From Fibrobacteria bacterium (lineage in GTDB: Bacteria; Fibrobacterota; Fibrobacteria; UBA11236), in NCBI GenBank assembly GCA_043732185.1, contig JAYTHY010000006.1:32001-96000 (forward strand): a DNA stretch of 64,000 nucleotides, read 5' to 3'. The position numbers and the translations under genes are program-made. A model generated the notes under the pieces. The model had not been told where the DNA came from. It was given only the letters and a program-made list of their open reading frames with translations, and ran no database searches. This document shows positions 47,820 to 58,359 of this stretch, in pieces (the stretch's first letter is position 1; each line of letters begins with the position of its first letter).

Positions 47820-48748
47820 TATATCCCGGGCACTTTGTTGGTATTGTTCAAATTTTCGGATAGAACAAGCTCAGGCAAAAAATAATCCATCGGGTCGGTC
47901 TTGGAATTGTGGACGCTGAGCTCATAGTGAAGATGCACACCGGAGGCCACCCCAGTCATACCCATGGTGCCAATGGGCTCGCCTCGCACCACTTTCTGAC
48001 CCTCTCGTACTAAGATATCCTGAAGATGGGCATAAGTAGTGAATACGCCTCGACCGTGACTGACTTTTATTCGATTTCCCCAGAGCAAATCCTTTTCAAT
48101 ACTTTCGACAATACCGCCACCTGTAGCAAAAACAGGAGCGCCGGCCCGTAAGGAAAAATCCACCCCAGCATGCAGCGCTTTTCGACCGGTAAAAGGATCA
48201 GGACTGTAGCCGAACTCTCGAGTTAGAATGGCCTCAGTAGACACGGGATATCCGGTAGGTAACCCGTCAACGCGGTCCTTTTGGCGCTGCAAAAGTTGAA
48301 TAGTGGAATCGAAATAACTGGAAATTTTTTGGGCTCGTTCAAGAGAGGCGGAAATATCCGTTTTCATTCCGGAAAAATTTGGAAAGAAGGAAAATAGGCT
48401 GGCCGCTTTTTGCTGCTTTTCACCCTCGATATAGTCGCCACCTGTCATCATTAGGGTATTGATTCTTTGTTCTTCGAGTCTGCCAAGGTCACTTTTGAGT
48501 CCACGCATATCGAGGTCAAGCGCTCCAACCCGTTCTGATAGAACCCGATTTTCCGCCCAAAGTTTTTTTCGCAGTGTAGAGGTATCTGGCCGTTCATGCA
48601 GAAATCCGGCCAACGAAAGCGCAATGCCAAGTCCGGCAAAAACCAGAATGGTGCCGGTCACCAGAAGCCCAAACCGTCGCGAAAAGGAAAATACTTTGAC
48701 CCGGCTGGCATCTTTTGGATAGAAGATGATTCTGAACTTCTTGTCCAT
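47819..48748 (-). CDS. M23 family peptidase (TM + coiled coil + LytM)
   Basis: HAGVDF, YAHL, HLHYE; TAATG overlap with the amidohydrolase. Confidence 0.9.
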   Translation of the reverse strand: MDKKFRIIFYPKDASRVKVFSFSRRFGLLVTGTILVFAGLGIALSLAGFLHERPDTSTLRKKLWAENRVLSERVGALDLDMRGLKSDLGRLEEQRINTLMMTGGDYIEGEKQQKAASLFSFFPNFSGMKTDISASLERAQKISSYFDSTIQLLQRQKDRVDGLPTGYPVSTEAILTREFGYSPDPFTGRKALHAGVDFSLRAGAPVFATGGGIVESIEKDLLWGNRIKVSHGRGVFTTYAHLQDILVREGQKVVRGEPIGTMGMTGVASGVHLHYELSVHNSKTDPMDYFLPELVLSENLNNTNKVPGI

Positions 48749-48793
48749 AGTGGTCTCTACTGCGGGCAGGCCGACCCACCAAGTCGCTTTCTA

Positions 48794-49099
48794 CTAAGGT
48801 TTACGTTGGGCTTCGCCCAACTTGGCTTCTAAATCACTGATGTTCTTTTTGAATTTTTGAATATTTCGTTGCATATCGACACTACTTGGTCGAATTTCAA
48901 ACCCAGCCAGTGACTCCTCCATGATAGCCGAATACGCTTCTTTGCCAAGTTCGGTAAACTCCCTGGTCAACTTTCGTCTTTCCGCCATAAGGTCTAAATG
49001 CAGCTTTCCATTTCTGGCTGCCTCTTCGATTTTGGTGGCGGAAGTCTGGGCGCCGGCCAAGACTGTTCTTTTCAATTTTTCCAGAAAACTGTCGGACAT
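48794..49099 (-). CDS. Hypothetical coiled-coil protein
   Basis: GGAGGGAAGG RBS before MSDSFLEKLK; helical, with an ELG..AY pattern. Confidence 0.65.
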   Translation of the reverse strand: MSDSFLEKLKRTVLAGAQTSATKIEEAARNGKLHLDLMAERRKLTREFTELGKEAYSAIMEESLAGFEIRPSSVDMQRNIQKFKKNISDLEAKLGEAQRKP

Positions 49100-49250
49100 T
49101 TGGATTTCCTTCCCTCCAGTTGCGTAGGATCGGTACCAGGATATGGCAGATTCAGGCCAAAGAGAGCCGTTACCAAGGGTTAATGTAGTAATTTGGTGTT
49201 TACTGCCAGCTTGGCGCAAACCTTGGCCCAAGCAGCACGCTTTAACCAGG

Positions 49251-49511
49251 TCAGGGCTCTTCGGAAAGGGGAGGTCCTTGGTCTTCGGTAGGGTTTTCAC
49301 CGGGTTCGGCCGTCTCCTGCTCCCGTTCCCGTTCCCGTTCCGCCCGCAACGTCTCATTGATGATTTGACGAAAATTGGCATCGACGAAATCAAAAACATC
49401 GTCCTGCTGCGCCTGCGGATCGTCCATCAATAATTCCTGTATACATAGAGCCGTGGAAATCATGATTTCCTTTACCAGCTCCTCATCATACATTTTCAAA
49501 TGATCGGGCAT
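49251..49511 (-). CDS. Small acidic hypothetical protein
   Basis: GAGG RBS before MPDHLK; TATAAT upstream; ER dipeptide repeat. Confidence 0.55.
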   Translation of the reverse strand: MPDHLKMYDEELVKEIMISTALCIQELLMDDPQAQQDDVFDFVDANFRQIINETLRAEREREREQETAEPGENPTEDQGPPLSEEP

Positions 49512-49728
49512 TCGTCCGCCTCTCTCGCCCAACCCTATGGCGTTCATGGATATTATACGCATCAGGAATGGACGGACGCAAGACAAGTAGGCCTGAGGTT
49601 TTTATCTTAGGCGGCCTATATCAGATCAAAGCCCATGCGCTTCGGTTGAGCTGAATTGCTAAAATTGGGTTTGATCTATTTTAAGATATTTGAGGTTTCC
49701 CGCTTTGGGGCCGCATCAAAGGCAGTGC

Positions 49729-51054
49729 ATGTCCATACAAAAACCAGGTGAATCCCGAAGCCTAGGCAGGGCAGGCAGGACCTTTGTCAAAGAAATCCTG
49801 GTTCCCATTCTACTCGCCTTGGTGGTCATTCAGTTCGTCATCCAAGCTTTTAAGATTCCTTCCGCATCGATGGAAAATTCACTCCTAGTAGGTGATTTTC
49901 TCCTTGGCTTAAAATTTGTCTTTGGGTCGCCCATCCCATTTTCCAATCATAAACTTCCTGGCCTTACTGATCCCAAACCCGGTGACGTCTTAATCTTCAA
50001 GTATCCCGGCGATCCGGAATACCCGGAAGGCGACAAAGACAAATACAAGTTTGTGGCCAACCTTTTCCTCTTCGGAAATCTCTACTGGGACAGGTCCCCA
50101 CCCAATGGTTACAACCACTTGGTTTGGTATATGCCTAAAGATTTCATCAAGCGATGCGTGGCACAAAGCGGACAAACCTTGACGGTATCAGGCAAGCGCC
50201 TACTGATCGATGGCAAAGAGTCCCCCTTGCCGCCGCGAGGCCAACACAAAGATCCCCGCGGTTACGATCCCCAGCGCGATTCGCTGGTGTATCGATTACC
50301 GGCCCCTGGCGAAACCTTGGATTTCGATACGCTTTCCCTTAAGGATGCCGTATGGATCCGTTCCTTGGCGTACCAGGAAAATCCCGACAGCAAGGTGGAA
50401 TTGCAGCTCGACTTGATGAAAGACTCCACAGTCGACAACAACTATACCCTACCCTATCTCAATGGGGATCCCGAAAACGGATCGCACGGCGCCGTCTACG
50501 CTCTACTGAACCTGCGCTGGCAGCGAGCATATGAGGGAAGCACCATGTACCTTCATGCTGAAAACATTCCCTTCAGCATCATCCAAAAAGCCGCCCGCAC
50601 TGGTTTCATTAGGACCAACGATCTTCCCGCGTTCTTGACATACAACCCTTCCGACAGTGCTTCCGCAGCCTTGCACCGCGGCGGCCGTCGCGTAGAAAAC
50701 AACGAATACTTTTTCGGCAGTTATTTGGATTTCATCAACCTTAACGTGATCGGACAAGGCAATCAAGCCGGTCGTCATTACTGGATCAAACCGTCTTTGA
50801 ACATAGACGGCAAAAATGTGCATACGTATACCGTCAAAAAGAAATGCTATTTCATGATGGGCGACAACCGGGACAACTCATCGGACAGCCGATATTGGGG
50901 TTTGCTTTCCAAGGACTTTGTCAAAGCCAAGGCATTTATCATTTATTTCTCCTTTGAAAATGCGGACGAAAGCTTCAAGTTCACCAACCCGTTCTCCTGG
51001 CTGCTCATTCCCCAGAAAGTTCGGTGGACCCGTATTGGCAAGCTCATCGAATAA
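49729..51054 (+). CDS. lepB: Signal peptidase I with large internal insertion
   Basis: IPSASME.SLLVGD, FIKRCV, MGDNRDNSSDSRYWG. Confidence 0.92.
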   Translation: MSIQKPGESRSLGRAGRTFVKEILVPILLALVVIQFVIQAFKIPSASMENSLLVGDFLLGLKFVFGSPIPFSNHKLPGLTDPKPGDVLIFKYPGDPEYPEGDKDKYKFVANLFLFGNLYWDRSPPNGYNHLVWYMPKDFIKRCVAQSGQTLTVSGKRLLIDGKESPLPPRGQHKDPRGYDPQRDSLVYRLPAPGETLDFDTLSLKDAVWIRSLAYQENPDSKVELQLDLMKDSTVDNNYTLPYLNGDPENGSHGAVYALLNLRWQRAYEGSTMYLHAENIPFSIIQKAARTGFIRTNDLPAFLTYNPSDSASAALHRGGRRVENNEYFFGSYLDFINLNVIGQGNQAGRHYWIKPSLNIDGKNVHTYTVKKKCYFMMGDNRDNSSDSRYWGLLSKDFVKAKAFIIYFSFENADESFKFTNPFSWLLIPQKVRWTRIGKLIE

Positions 51055-51079
51055 GGCTTGGGTAGGCCCTTCCGGCCTA

Positions 51080-52981
51080 ATGGTATGGCTCGCAGCCGCG
51101 TGGCTGGCGGGTTGTGCCCATATGGAAGCTCCGCCAGGGGGACCGCCCGATACCAAAAAACCGTTTGTGTCCGCCGTGGACCCGGCCCCGGACGCTGTGC
51201 ACATTTCTCCAGAACTCAAAGCCCGCATTGCATTTTCGGAATGGGTGGATCCAGATGTGGAACACGGCAAGGTCTATCTCAATCCGCCATTGTCGAGCAA
51301 ACTGAAAACCAACCTATCCGGTAACCTGCTAACCCTATCCAGTAAAGCACATCTGGATACGGGAACAACCTATTTGCTTGGTGTGCTTGGCAACGTTAAA
51401 GATTTGCACGGCCTACCTTTGGAGAGCCCATTTGAACTTGTCTTTACAACCGGCGGCAAACTGGATTCCGGAAAACTCTCCGGCCACGTTGTGCCCTTTC
51501 AGAATAGACCTACTGCCGGAAGTTTCGTCGCCCTATATCCTCGAGGTGCGGATTTGCGCTTACGCTTTCAGCACTTGAACCGCAAAGGAGACAGCGCTGT
51601 TATACCCACAGCTTTGCCGGATCCGGCCAAAGAACGGCCAGCCTATTTGACGCCCTCGGATTCAGTGGGTCACTTTCAATTCCGCTCGGTTCGACCCGGA
51701 CGCTATGCCCTGCTTGGCTTCCAAGACATCAACACCAATTTGAATCCGGATGTTGGAGTCGAAGCCTTGGCAATTGGGCCTACAGTGGAGGTTTCCGCAT
51801 CCGAGGATAGCAAAACTCTGGCTCTTTTCGCCTATGACACCGTGCCGGTAAAACTGATGGAAGCCAAATGGGTCAAGGAAAGCGGTGAGGGCAAACCCAT
51901 CGACGGCACCGTGCGGCTCAAGTTCAGTCGAGCCCCACATCCCTTACTTTGTCAGCTTCGAGAAAGCTATGCGGTGCATAAAGCCGGATCGAAAGATTCC
52001 GTTGCAAACGGGGTCCGTATTCCCGTCCTTGAGGTGTGTGTCCATCCTGTAACCGGCGAGGTGGAATTGCATACTGCTCCACTGTTAGCGGACAGTCAAT
52101 ATGTTGTCTCTTGTATTGGACTTACCGATCCTTATGGTCATCCCTTGGATAGTGCGCGCTCCCGCGCCCCATTTCGCGTTACTGGCACTGCGGACACGGC
52201 CTATCCGACCATGATTTTTCTAGGGCCCCGCAAGGTGAATGGGGAGCCCGAAAAAATCGGTATGGACAAGCTACTGCCAGGTCGCGGCTTGGCGATTTAC
52301 TTTCCCAGACTGCTCACGGACTCGGTCATGGCCAATTTGAAAAGCCGTCTTGTGGTCAAGGCGGATTCAAGTCCGATTTCTTACACTTTGCTGCGCGCCA
52401 ATCACCATGAGTTTGCGATGCAAATGCCCTCGATCAAACTCGCCGGACAAAGACTCCAATTCAGCCTCCTCCCTTATCGCGCAGATACGGGGAATTATCG
52501 AGCAGATACTGGGAAAGCCTCTTCTCCAGTGCCCTTTGCCGCTTACACACTGATGGACGCCACCAAGCTAGGCTCACTAAAATTTACCACTGAACCTTCT
52601 GCTTTCGGCTCCCGAATGGTGCTGCGCAGCTTGTCTTCACCAGCGGAATTCAGTCGATTGGTCCCATCCGTCCAAGAATTCGTCTGGGATAGCCTGCCTG
52701 AGGGTTGGTATGCATTGGATTATTTTCGCGATGCGAACGGGGACGGCATTTGGAATCCAGGAAGCCTAAGCCCCTGGTCTGTACAAGAGCCCTATGTCAT
52801 GTGGACGGATTCACTTGAAGTGAAACCCAATAGTATCGGTGATGGAAATGCCGCTTCAGGAGCGGTTTCTACCCCAGATTCAGTTGCCTCCACAACTGCA
52901 ACAGATTCTGCAGCCGCAGGTGTCACGGCAATGCCAGTCACGCATAAGCGCAAGAAGTTTTCTTGGCCACCAAGCTGGTAG
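51080..52981 (+). CDS. Ig-like (Big_5) domain lipoprotein
   Basis: LAGC lipobox followed by CA....PPGGPPD; FSEWV; FTTG..LDSG; D.NGDGIWNPG. Confidence 0.75.
   Translation: MVWLAAAWLAGCAHMEAPPGGPPDTKKPFVSAVDPAPDAVHISPELKARIAFSEWVDPDVEHGKVYLNPPLSSKLKTNLSGNLLTLSSKAHLDTGTTYLLGVLGNVKDLHGLPLESPFELVFTTGGKLDSGKLSGHVVPFQNRPTAGSFVALYPRGADLRLRFQHLNRKGDSAVIPTALPDPAKERPAYLTPSDSVGHFQFRSVRPGRYALLGFQDINTNLNPDVGVEALAIGPTVEVSASEDSKTLALFAYDTVPVKLMEAKWVKESGEGKPIDGTVRLKFSRAPHPLLCQLRESYAVHKAGSKDSVANGVRIPVLEVCVHPVTGEVELHTAPLLADSQYVVSCIGLTDPYGHPLDSARSRAPFRVTGTADTAYPTMIFLGPRKVNGEPEKIGMDKLLPGRGLAIYFPRLLTDSVMANLKSRLVVKADSSPISYTLLRANHHEFAMQMPSIKLAGQRLQFSLLPYRADTGNYRADTGKASSPVPFAAYTLMDATKLGSLKFTTEPSAFGSRMVLRSLSSPAEFSRLVPSVQEFVWDSLPEGWYALDYFRDANGDGIWNPGSLSPWSVQEPYVMWTDSLEVKPNSIGDGNAASGAVSTPDSVASTTATDSAAAGVTAMPVTHKRKKFSWPPSW
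52475..52516 (+). repeat. Imperfect 21-bp tandem duplication (YRADTGN/YRADTGK)
   Basis: tatcgcgcagatacggggaat / tatcgagcagatactgggaaa. Confidence 0.8.
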
Positions 52982-53045
52982 TATGGCGCACTTTTCATCC
53001 GGCTACGCTAAAAACCTCTAAAAAAACTACCTTTCCCTGCCAATC

Positions 53046-53549
53046 ATGGATGAGCTCGTACCCATTGCCTCCAGCGTGGAGCGTCCTTCCCTGGAGCGGC
53101 TGGAAAAATATTTGCGCCATCACGGGATACTTTGCCAATGGTGCCAGGAAGATGCCGTTTCGGTAAAATTTCAATTGATGGTTTTACCTTCGGAAATAAA
53201 ACGGGCCCAAGGTCTGCTTGCGGATATTGCCTACAGCAGCCATGACCTCAATAATGTGGAAGATGTTATTGAAATTCAGTTTGATGGAACGGAACGGATT
53301 GAAGTCGCTTCCTGGCTGCAAGTGCTTTTGGATGAAGAGGACCATGAAGGTTCGCCCGTTTACTTTTTCAAAACCGAATTGGAATTTATACTTGATGAGC
53401 TGCATGCCTTCGGTAGAGTGGAGCTTCCCCTGTTCATTATCAAAGGTCTTAAAGGCTTTATACCCAAAGGCCCCCGCCGAATGCAGATGGGGCAAGGGCT
53501 TCAGGAGTTCTTCACCATGATCGAGGCTGTAGCTGAAGGCGACGGATAA
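53046..53549 (+). CDS. Hypothetical protein (N-terminus resembles a DUF2007/PII-like domain)
   Basis: L..YL..HGI.C...LMV..SE..RA..LL pattern; abuts the kinase start. Confidence 0.55.
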   Translation: MDELVPIASSVERPSLERLEKYLRHHGILCQWCQEDAVSVKFQLMVLPSEIKRAQGLLADIAYSSHDLNNVEDVIEIQFDGTERIEVASWLQVLLDEEDHEGSPVYFFKTELEFILDELHAFGRVELPLFIIKGLKGFIPKGPRRMQMGQGLQEFFTMIEAVAEGDG

Positions 53550-55064
53550 ATGCTCAGTCAGCTTTCCGATGCCCCGGACACACGCTATGATATCGTTAAG
53601 ATTCTTGGTCAAGGCGCCTCTGCCACCGTTTATCTCGCCCGACATTTGGCGCTAGGGGAATTACGGGTACTCAAAATTCTGCACAATGACATGATGATGG
53701 ATGCCAAGCGGCGCGCCAAATTCATGCTGGAAGCCCAGGTTTCCGCTCATCTTAAACATCCAGCCATCGTCCAGGTTTTTGATGTGACCCAATCCACTTC
53801 CAAGTTACAGATTGAAATGGAATACATCGAGGGCATGAGCCTGCGACAAACCCTGGAAAAGCAACAGTCGATTCCCCTATCGGTTTCCTTAGCCATTATC
53901 TACGGCATACTTGAAGGCCTTGAACATGCCCATCGCGCTCGGCTTACTTTTGGAAATACGGAATTCGATGGTGTCATCCATCGGGATTTGAAACCGGAAA
54001 ACATTATGATCCGGAAAAATGGGCAACCGGTGATCTGTGATTTTGGCGTTGCCAAAGTGGGCGCAGATTTGATGACGATGACTCAGCACATCAGCGGCAG
54101 CGTTGCATATATGGCACCCGAGCGCCTGCGCGGAGAACCAAGCACACGTTCAATCGATGTCTTTGCCCTAGGCGTGATGTTTTTTGAATTGCACAAAGGA
54201 TTCCGACCCTTTAAAGGCAATAACAAAACCCAAGCGCTGGAAAACATTTTAAAGTGGAATATTGTGGACTTGGAACTGGAGTGGGTCGGCAGCGACGCGG
54301 AGCTGCTTACCATCATCCGAAAAGCCATGGCACAAGATCCTTCCCAAAGATTTCAGGATGCCTCGCAAATGTTAGCCGCCATCCGCCCTATTTATAAGCT
54401 GTACCATGGCGAAGTTCCAGCCGCCACGGTCATTTATGATTTTTTTGCAAGAGGACAATTTACCACGGCGGAATTCCGCGCCTTGCTGCATGAAAAGACC
54501 ACTTGGAAGAGTCGCATCCCATTGTCCATCGGTGCCATGGCATTGGCTGCCGTGGCCTATACAGCTTACCTGGCCTGGCCCAAATCATCGGCTTCAATTT
54601 CTCAAGGCGAGAAAACGCAGCCCGGGGATAGCGACGCGGACGAACAAAAAATACGTGAGCTGCCAAAGGATGAACAACAAAGAGCCTATTTCAATTTAGC
54701 ACAAACACGATTTAATGAAAACCATGATGCCGGCAAAGCGCTCCTATTGGTGACCAAGGCTCTGGATATCTCCTTCCACCCAACCATCGCTTTACTAAAA
54801 GCTGAAGTTTTGCTCGACCAGTCAATGTACAACCTTGCCGAAGTGGAGCTTGCCCGAATTGAATCCTGGCTTCCTAAAATGACCACTGAGAATCAAGCCC
54901 AATACTATTGGCTATTTGCCGATTTGCAAATCCGTAGAGGCATCGGTGGATCCGATACAATCCTTGAAGCAACCAAAGCCGCATTAATCAAGTACCTGTC
55001 CCTAATTCCAAAAAATAATGTGGACGGTCAAAAGAAAGCCAAGCAACTGCTTCTTAGTCTTTAA
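53550..55064 (+). CDS. Hanks-type Ser/Thr protein kinase with TM and C-terminal TPR-like region
   Basis: LGQGASATV, VLK, HRDLKPEN, DFG, YMAPE, DVFALG. Confidence 0.93.
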   Translation: MLSQLSDAPDTRYDIVKILGQGASATVYLARHLALGELRVLKILHNDMMMDAKRRAKFMLEAQVSAHLKHPAIVQVFDVTQSTSKLQIEMEYIEGMSLRQTLEKQQSIPLSVSLAIIYGILEGLEHAHRARLTFGNTEFDGVIHRDLKPENIMIRKNGQPVICDFGVAKVGADLMTMTQHISGSVAYMAPERLRGEPSTRSIDVFALGVMFFELHKGFRPFKGNNKTQALENILKWNIVDLELEWVGSDAELLTIIRKAMAQDPSQRFQDASQMLAAIRPIYKLYHGEVPAATVIYDFFARGQFTTAEFRALLHEKTTWKSRIPLSIGAMALAAVAYTAYLAWPKSSASISQGEKTQPGDSDADEQKIRELPKDEQQRAYFNLAQTRFNENHDAGKALLLVTKALDISFHPTIALLKAEVLLDQSMYNLAEVELARIESWLPKMTTENQAQYYWLFADLQIRRGIGGSDTILEATKAALIKYLSLIPKNNVDGQKKAKQLLLSL

Positions 55065-57850
55065 TGAATTATGGAGAACCCTTTATGTTGAACCCGCTGC
55101 GGGAATTCATCGCCTTCGATTTGGAAACCACGGGGCTCGAAAGGGATGCGGATGAAATCATCGAAATCGGTGCCGTGCGCGTGCGCGATGGGCAATTGGA
55201 AGAAAGATTTTCTTGTCTCCTAAAAGCCGAAAAGCCTCTCAACACAATGATCGAAGCACTAACCGGCATCTCTCCAGCCATGCTGGCCGAGTCCGGACAG
55301 GATCCACAGCTTTCCATCGAGGCGTTCTTGCGCTTTGCCGGAGATCTGCCCCTGGTGGCGCACAATTCCGACTTTGACGTTGCGTTCATTGCCAATGCCA
55401 TTACCAAATTTTCGCTTCCGCCCTTGACCAACCCTGTTTACGACTCCCTACTACTGGCGCGTATTGCCTGGCCTGGCATGGACAATCACCGCCTGGAAAA
55501 TCTGGTCGATAAATTGGAAATCCCTGTCCAAAAAGCCCACCGCGCCTTGCCTGATGCGGAACAAGCAGCCCAGTTGTGGATTATGGGTCAAGTGAAACTT
55601 GCAAGTTACTCTTCGCGAACCCTGGCTCGGCTCAGCCGCGTGCTCGAATCCGGTCCCGCTCAATGGCGCGTACTCTTCACGTCCAGTGTTGAAGCAGGAG
55701 AAGACACGGTTGCCCTGCCAGTACTGGCTCCAGCACTATCCCAACCAGAAGCAATCAACACCCCCGTCGAAGAATTATTTTCCCCCGGCCAAGCCATTGA
55801 CGCAGCGTTCAAATCACTGGGTCGAACGTATCAAAGCAGGCCGCGTCAAATCCGCATGGCTTCCCTGGTAGAACGCAGCTTCAAGGAATCGCGAGTGCTG
55901 GCCGTTGAATCTGAACCGGGTACAGGCCGAATGTTGGCGTGCATAGTAGCCGCCGTACGTCATGGGCTTTCCCGTCGCCGTCCCGTTTACTTTGCTGTTT
56001 CCAGTCGTCAGAGAATGGAAAGCATCGTAGCCACCGAGCTTCCAGTGATGCAGGCATTGTATGGCAAAGAGCTTCGCCTTGCAATGCTCAAGCCGCCCTC
56101 CGCGTACTTGAGCCCAAGAAAATTTTCCGCAATCATGGAGCATCCGGAAACCCGGCTCTTTGCTGAAGAAAAGTTGGCCATCCTTCCACTTATCACTTGG
56201 CTGGAAACCACTTTGGATGGTGATATAAACAAAAATATGGGCTTCAACCAGGATCGAAACAGGCTGCTTTGGTCAAAGTTGTCGTCGGAATCTTACCTGG
56301 GTGAGCCCGATGGACATGCCCATGCCGCCCGGGAAAAGGCCCTGCGTGCGCACCTTGTCCTTATCGATCAGGCTCTTTTTATGGACGATTTGGCAATGGA
56401 TTTTTCCATCTTACCGCCTTATGAAGCCATCGTTTTTGACGAAGCCCATTATCTTCCGGAAATCGGACAAGGTCGATTGGGCCGCGAGGTTGGTTTTTTC
56501 CGCCTGAAATACATCATTCAACTGGTGGCTTTTTCAAAAACAAGTTCCGCCGGTCTCTTAGCGGAAATGGAACGGCAAGCCGCCGAATCGGTAGCTGGAC
56601 CAGAAACGCTGGATACCCTGGAAAAGCTGGAAAAGCTGAAAGAAAAAATCTTTGAGCCGGAAAGGCAATTGCAAAAGTTTTTCAATAAATTGGCAAAGCA
56701 CGCCCAGAAGCGGCGCAAAGATGGTGAGAACCGAATCCGGTACGCGGATAAGCTTGTTATTGAATTTGGCAGTGGGCCGGAACCGGTCACTGCTTCAGTG
56801 GAAGAGTTGGAAGGATTGCTGATTAAGCTGGCCGATGCCTTTCCGGATCTAGCCGCCGATATCCGTAAGGTATCCGACTTGTTACGTTCCTTTCGCGCTG
56901 ATTTGGAACACCTCTCCCATCCTCAGGTTATTGCTGCGGAAACTGAAGAACCCTTTGCAGAGTCAAGCGAGGTATACTGGATAGAGGATTTCCCCAATCC
57001 ACACCGAGCTCATATCCGCTGCGCACCGATGGATATTGGTCCTTGGCTGGCAAAAAAGTTTCTTCCCCAAATGGACTCAGTGGTTTTTGCCTCTCCTGCC
57101 CTCACCCTCGGCGATCAATTCGGCTTCTTCGCCGAACAACTTGGACTCGATTTGCAATCGGACCGTGTCAAAACAGCCTTGGTTAGGAGCAAGGATAAAG
57201 AAGATAAGCCTGTACCCGTTTTCATCGCGCGCTTCAGCCCCGTTCTCAATAATACCGCCTCCGCAGATTCCATGGGCGCACTTATATTGCGTGGATTACT
57301 GGAAATCGTTCACCCCGCATTTGTTTTTTTCACCCATGTTGGAATGCTTAAACAAATTCGTGGAATATTGCAGGAAGGCTTATCTGCCAAAGGCCGCATG
57401 GTTCTGGCGCAACATATCGATGGAAGCCGTGAAAATCTCCTACATCTTTTCCGTCGCCGAAAAGACACTTGTTTGCTTGGTACCGAGACCTTTATGGCCA
57501 ATCTCGGGGACGAGGATCAAATTCCCGAAATTATCATGGTTACCAAGCTGCCGTTTCCGGTTCCCACGGAACCCATTACAGCTGCCCATCTCGATAAGCT
57601 AACAGCATCTAAGGGAAATCCGCTCTACGACTATTTGCTTCCATGGTCCATTTTGCGTCTTAAACAGGAATTGAACCGACTTCCGCATCGTCCGGGTCGC
57701 CCACAAATCATCTGGATCCTGGACCCACGGCCCGTAACCGAGAAATACGGTAAGATGTACCTGCGCGGCCTCGGCCGTGATGTGATCGTTTGTGAAACGG
57801 AACAGGAATTACTTTCCAGGACTCGGGAAGCATTGGGGAAATTTGCTTGA
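55064..57850 (+). CDS. dinG: DEDDh exonuclease-DinG family fusion with degenerate helicase motifs
   Basis: DLETTG, HNSDFD, HRALPDA, FDEAH, KLPFPVP, ILDPR...YG. Confidence 0.8.
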   Translation: MNYGEPFMLNPLREFIAFDLETTGLERDADEIIEIGAVRVRDGQLEERFSCLLKAEKPLNTMIEALTGISPAMLAESGQDPQLSIEAFLRFAGDLPLVAHNSDFDVAFIANAITKFSLPPLTNPVYDSLLLARIAWPGMDNHRLENLVDKLEIPVQKAHRALPDAEQAAQLWIMGQVKLASYSSRTLARLSRVLESGPAQWRVLFTSSVEAGEDTVALPVLAPALSQPEAINTPVEELFSPGQAIDAAFKSLGRTYQSRPRQIRMASLVERSFKESRVLAVESEPGTGRMLACIVAAVRHGLSRRRPVYFAVSSRQRMESIVATELPVMQALYGKELRLAMLKPPSAYLSPRKFSAIMEHPETRLFAEEKLAILPLITWLETTLDGDINKNMGFNQDRNRLLWSKLSSESYLGEPDGHAHAAREKALRAHLVLIDQALFMDDLAMDFSILPPYEAIVFDEAHYLPEIGQGRLGREVGFFRLKYIIQLVAFSKTSSAGLLAEMERQAAESVAGPETLDTLEKLEKLKEKIFEPERQLQKFFNKLAKHAQKRRKDGENRIRYADKLVIEFGSGPEPVTASVEELEGLLIKLADAFPDLAADIRKVSDLLRSFRADLEHLSHPQVIAAETEEPFAESSEVYWIEDFPNPHRAHIRCAPMDIGPWLAKKFLPQMDSVVFASPALTLGDQFGFFAEQLGLDLQSDRVKTALVRSKDKEDKPVPVFIARFSPVLNNTASADSMGALILRGLLEIVHPAFVFFTHVGMLKQIRGILQEGLSAKGRMVLAQHIDGSRENLLHLFRRRKDTCLLGTETFMANLGDEDQIPEIIMVTKLPFPVPTEPITAAHLDKLTASKGNPLYDYLLPWSILRLKQELNRLPHRPGRPQIIWILDPRPVTEKYGKMYLRGLGRDVIVCETEQELLSRTREALGKFA

Positions 57851-58359
57851 AGACAATTTGGTTTAATACGCCGCTCCAATGCTTTAGCGCCTCGGTCAGT
57901 GGCATACTGCTGCTGTGTTTGGCGGGCTGTTATAGCTTTTCCGGCACGACTCTACCCAGCCACTTGCGTACAGTTCATGTCGTTCCCGTGGTCAACCGAA
58001 CCTTAGAATCTTCGTTGGCGGATCAAATCACTCAAGGATTGGAACAGGGTTTCAGCAGTCGCACCAATTTACGCAAAGTGAATGTCAACGCTGACGCTGA
58101 ACTCATTTGTACTCTGATGGATTACTCCCATCGGCCGCAAAGCACCAGCGGAGCGACAGTGACAAGTTACCGAGTGGATCTATTGGTAAGCGTCTTGTTT
58201 GTGGACCGTACCAAAGGAGATACCCTTTACCGGGATGACCATGTGCCCGGCTATGGACAGTATGCCATTGACAAAGGCGAAACGGAACAAACCGGACAGC
58301 GTCAGGCGGTGGAAAGCCTGGTCAAAGTGGTTTTGGATCAAACAGTATCGGGGTGGTAA
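57847..58359 (+). CDS. lptE: LptE-like lipoprotein
   Basis: LAGC lipobox, YSFSG.TLP.HL.TV, N.T.E..L; TTGA overlap. Confidence 0.7.
   Translation: MKTIWFNTPLQCFSASVSGILLLCLAGCYSFSGTTLPSHLRTVHVVPVVNRTLESSLADQITQGLEQGFSSRTNLRKVNVNADAELICTLMDYSHRPQSTSGATVTSYRVDLLVSVLFVDRTKGDTLYRDDHVPGYGQYAIDKGETEQTGQRQAVESLVKVVLDQTVSGW

Noticed and set aside
50918..51080. 137-bp overlap of the 687-aa ORF with lepB, suggesting a frameshift or fusion
   Set aside because: An ATG at 51080 gives a normal lipoprotein signal after the lepB stop, and both proteins are complete.
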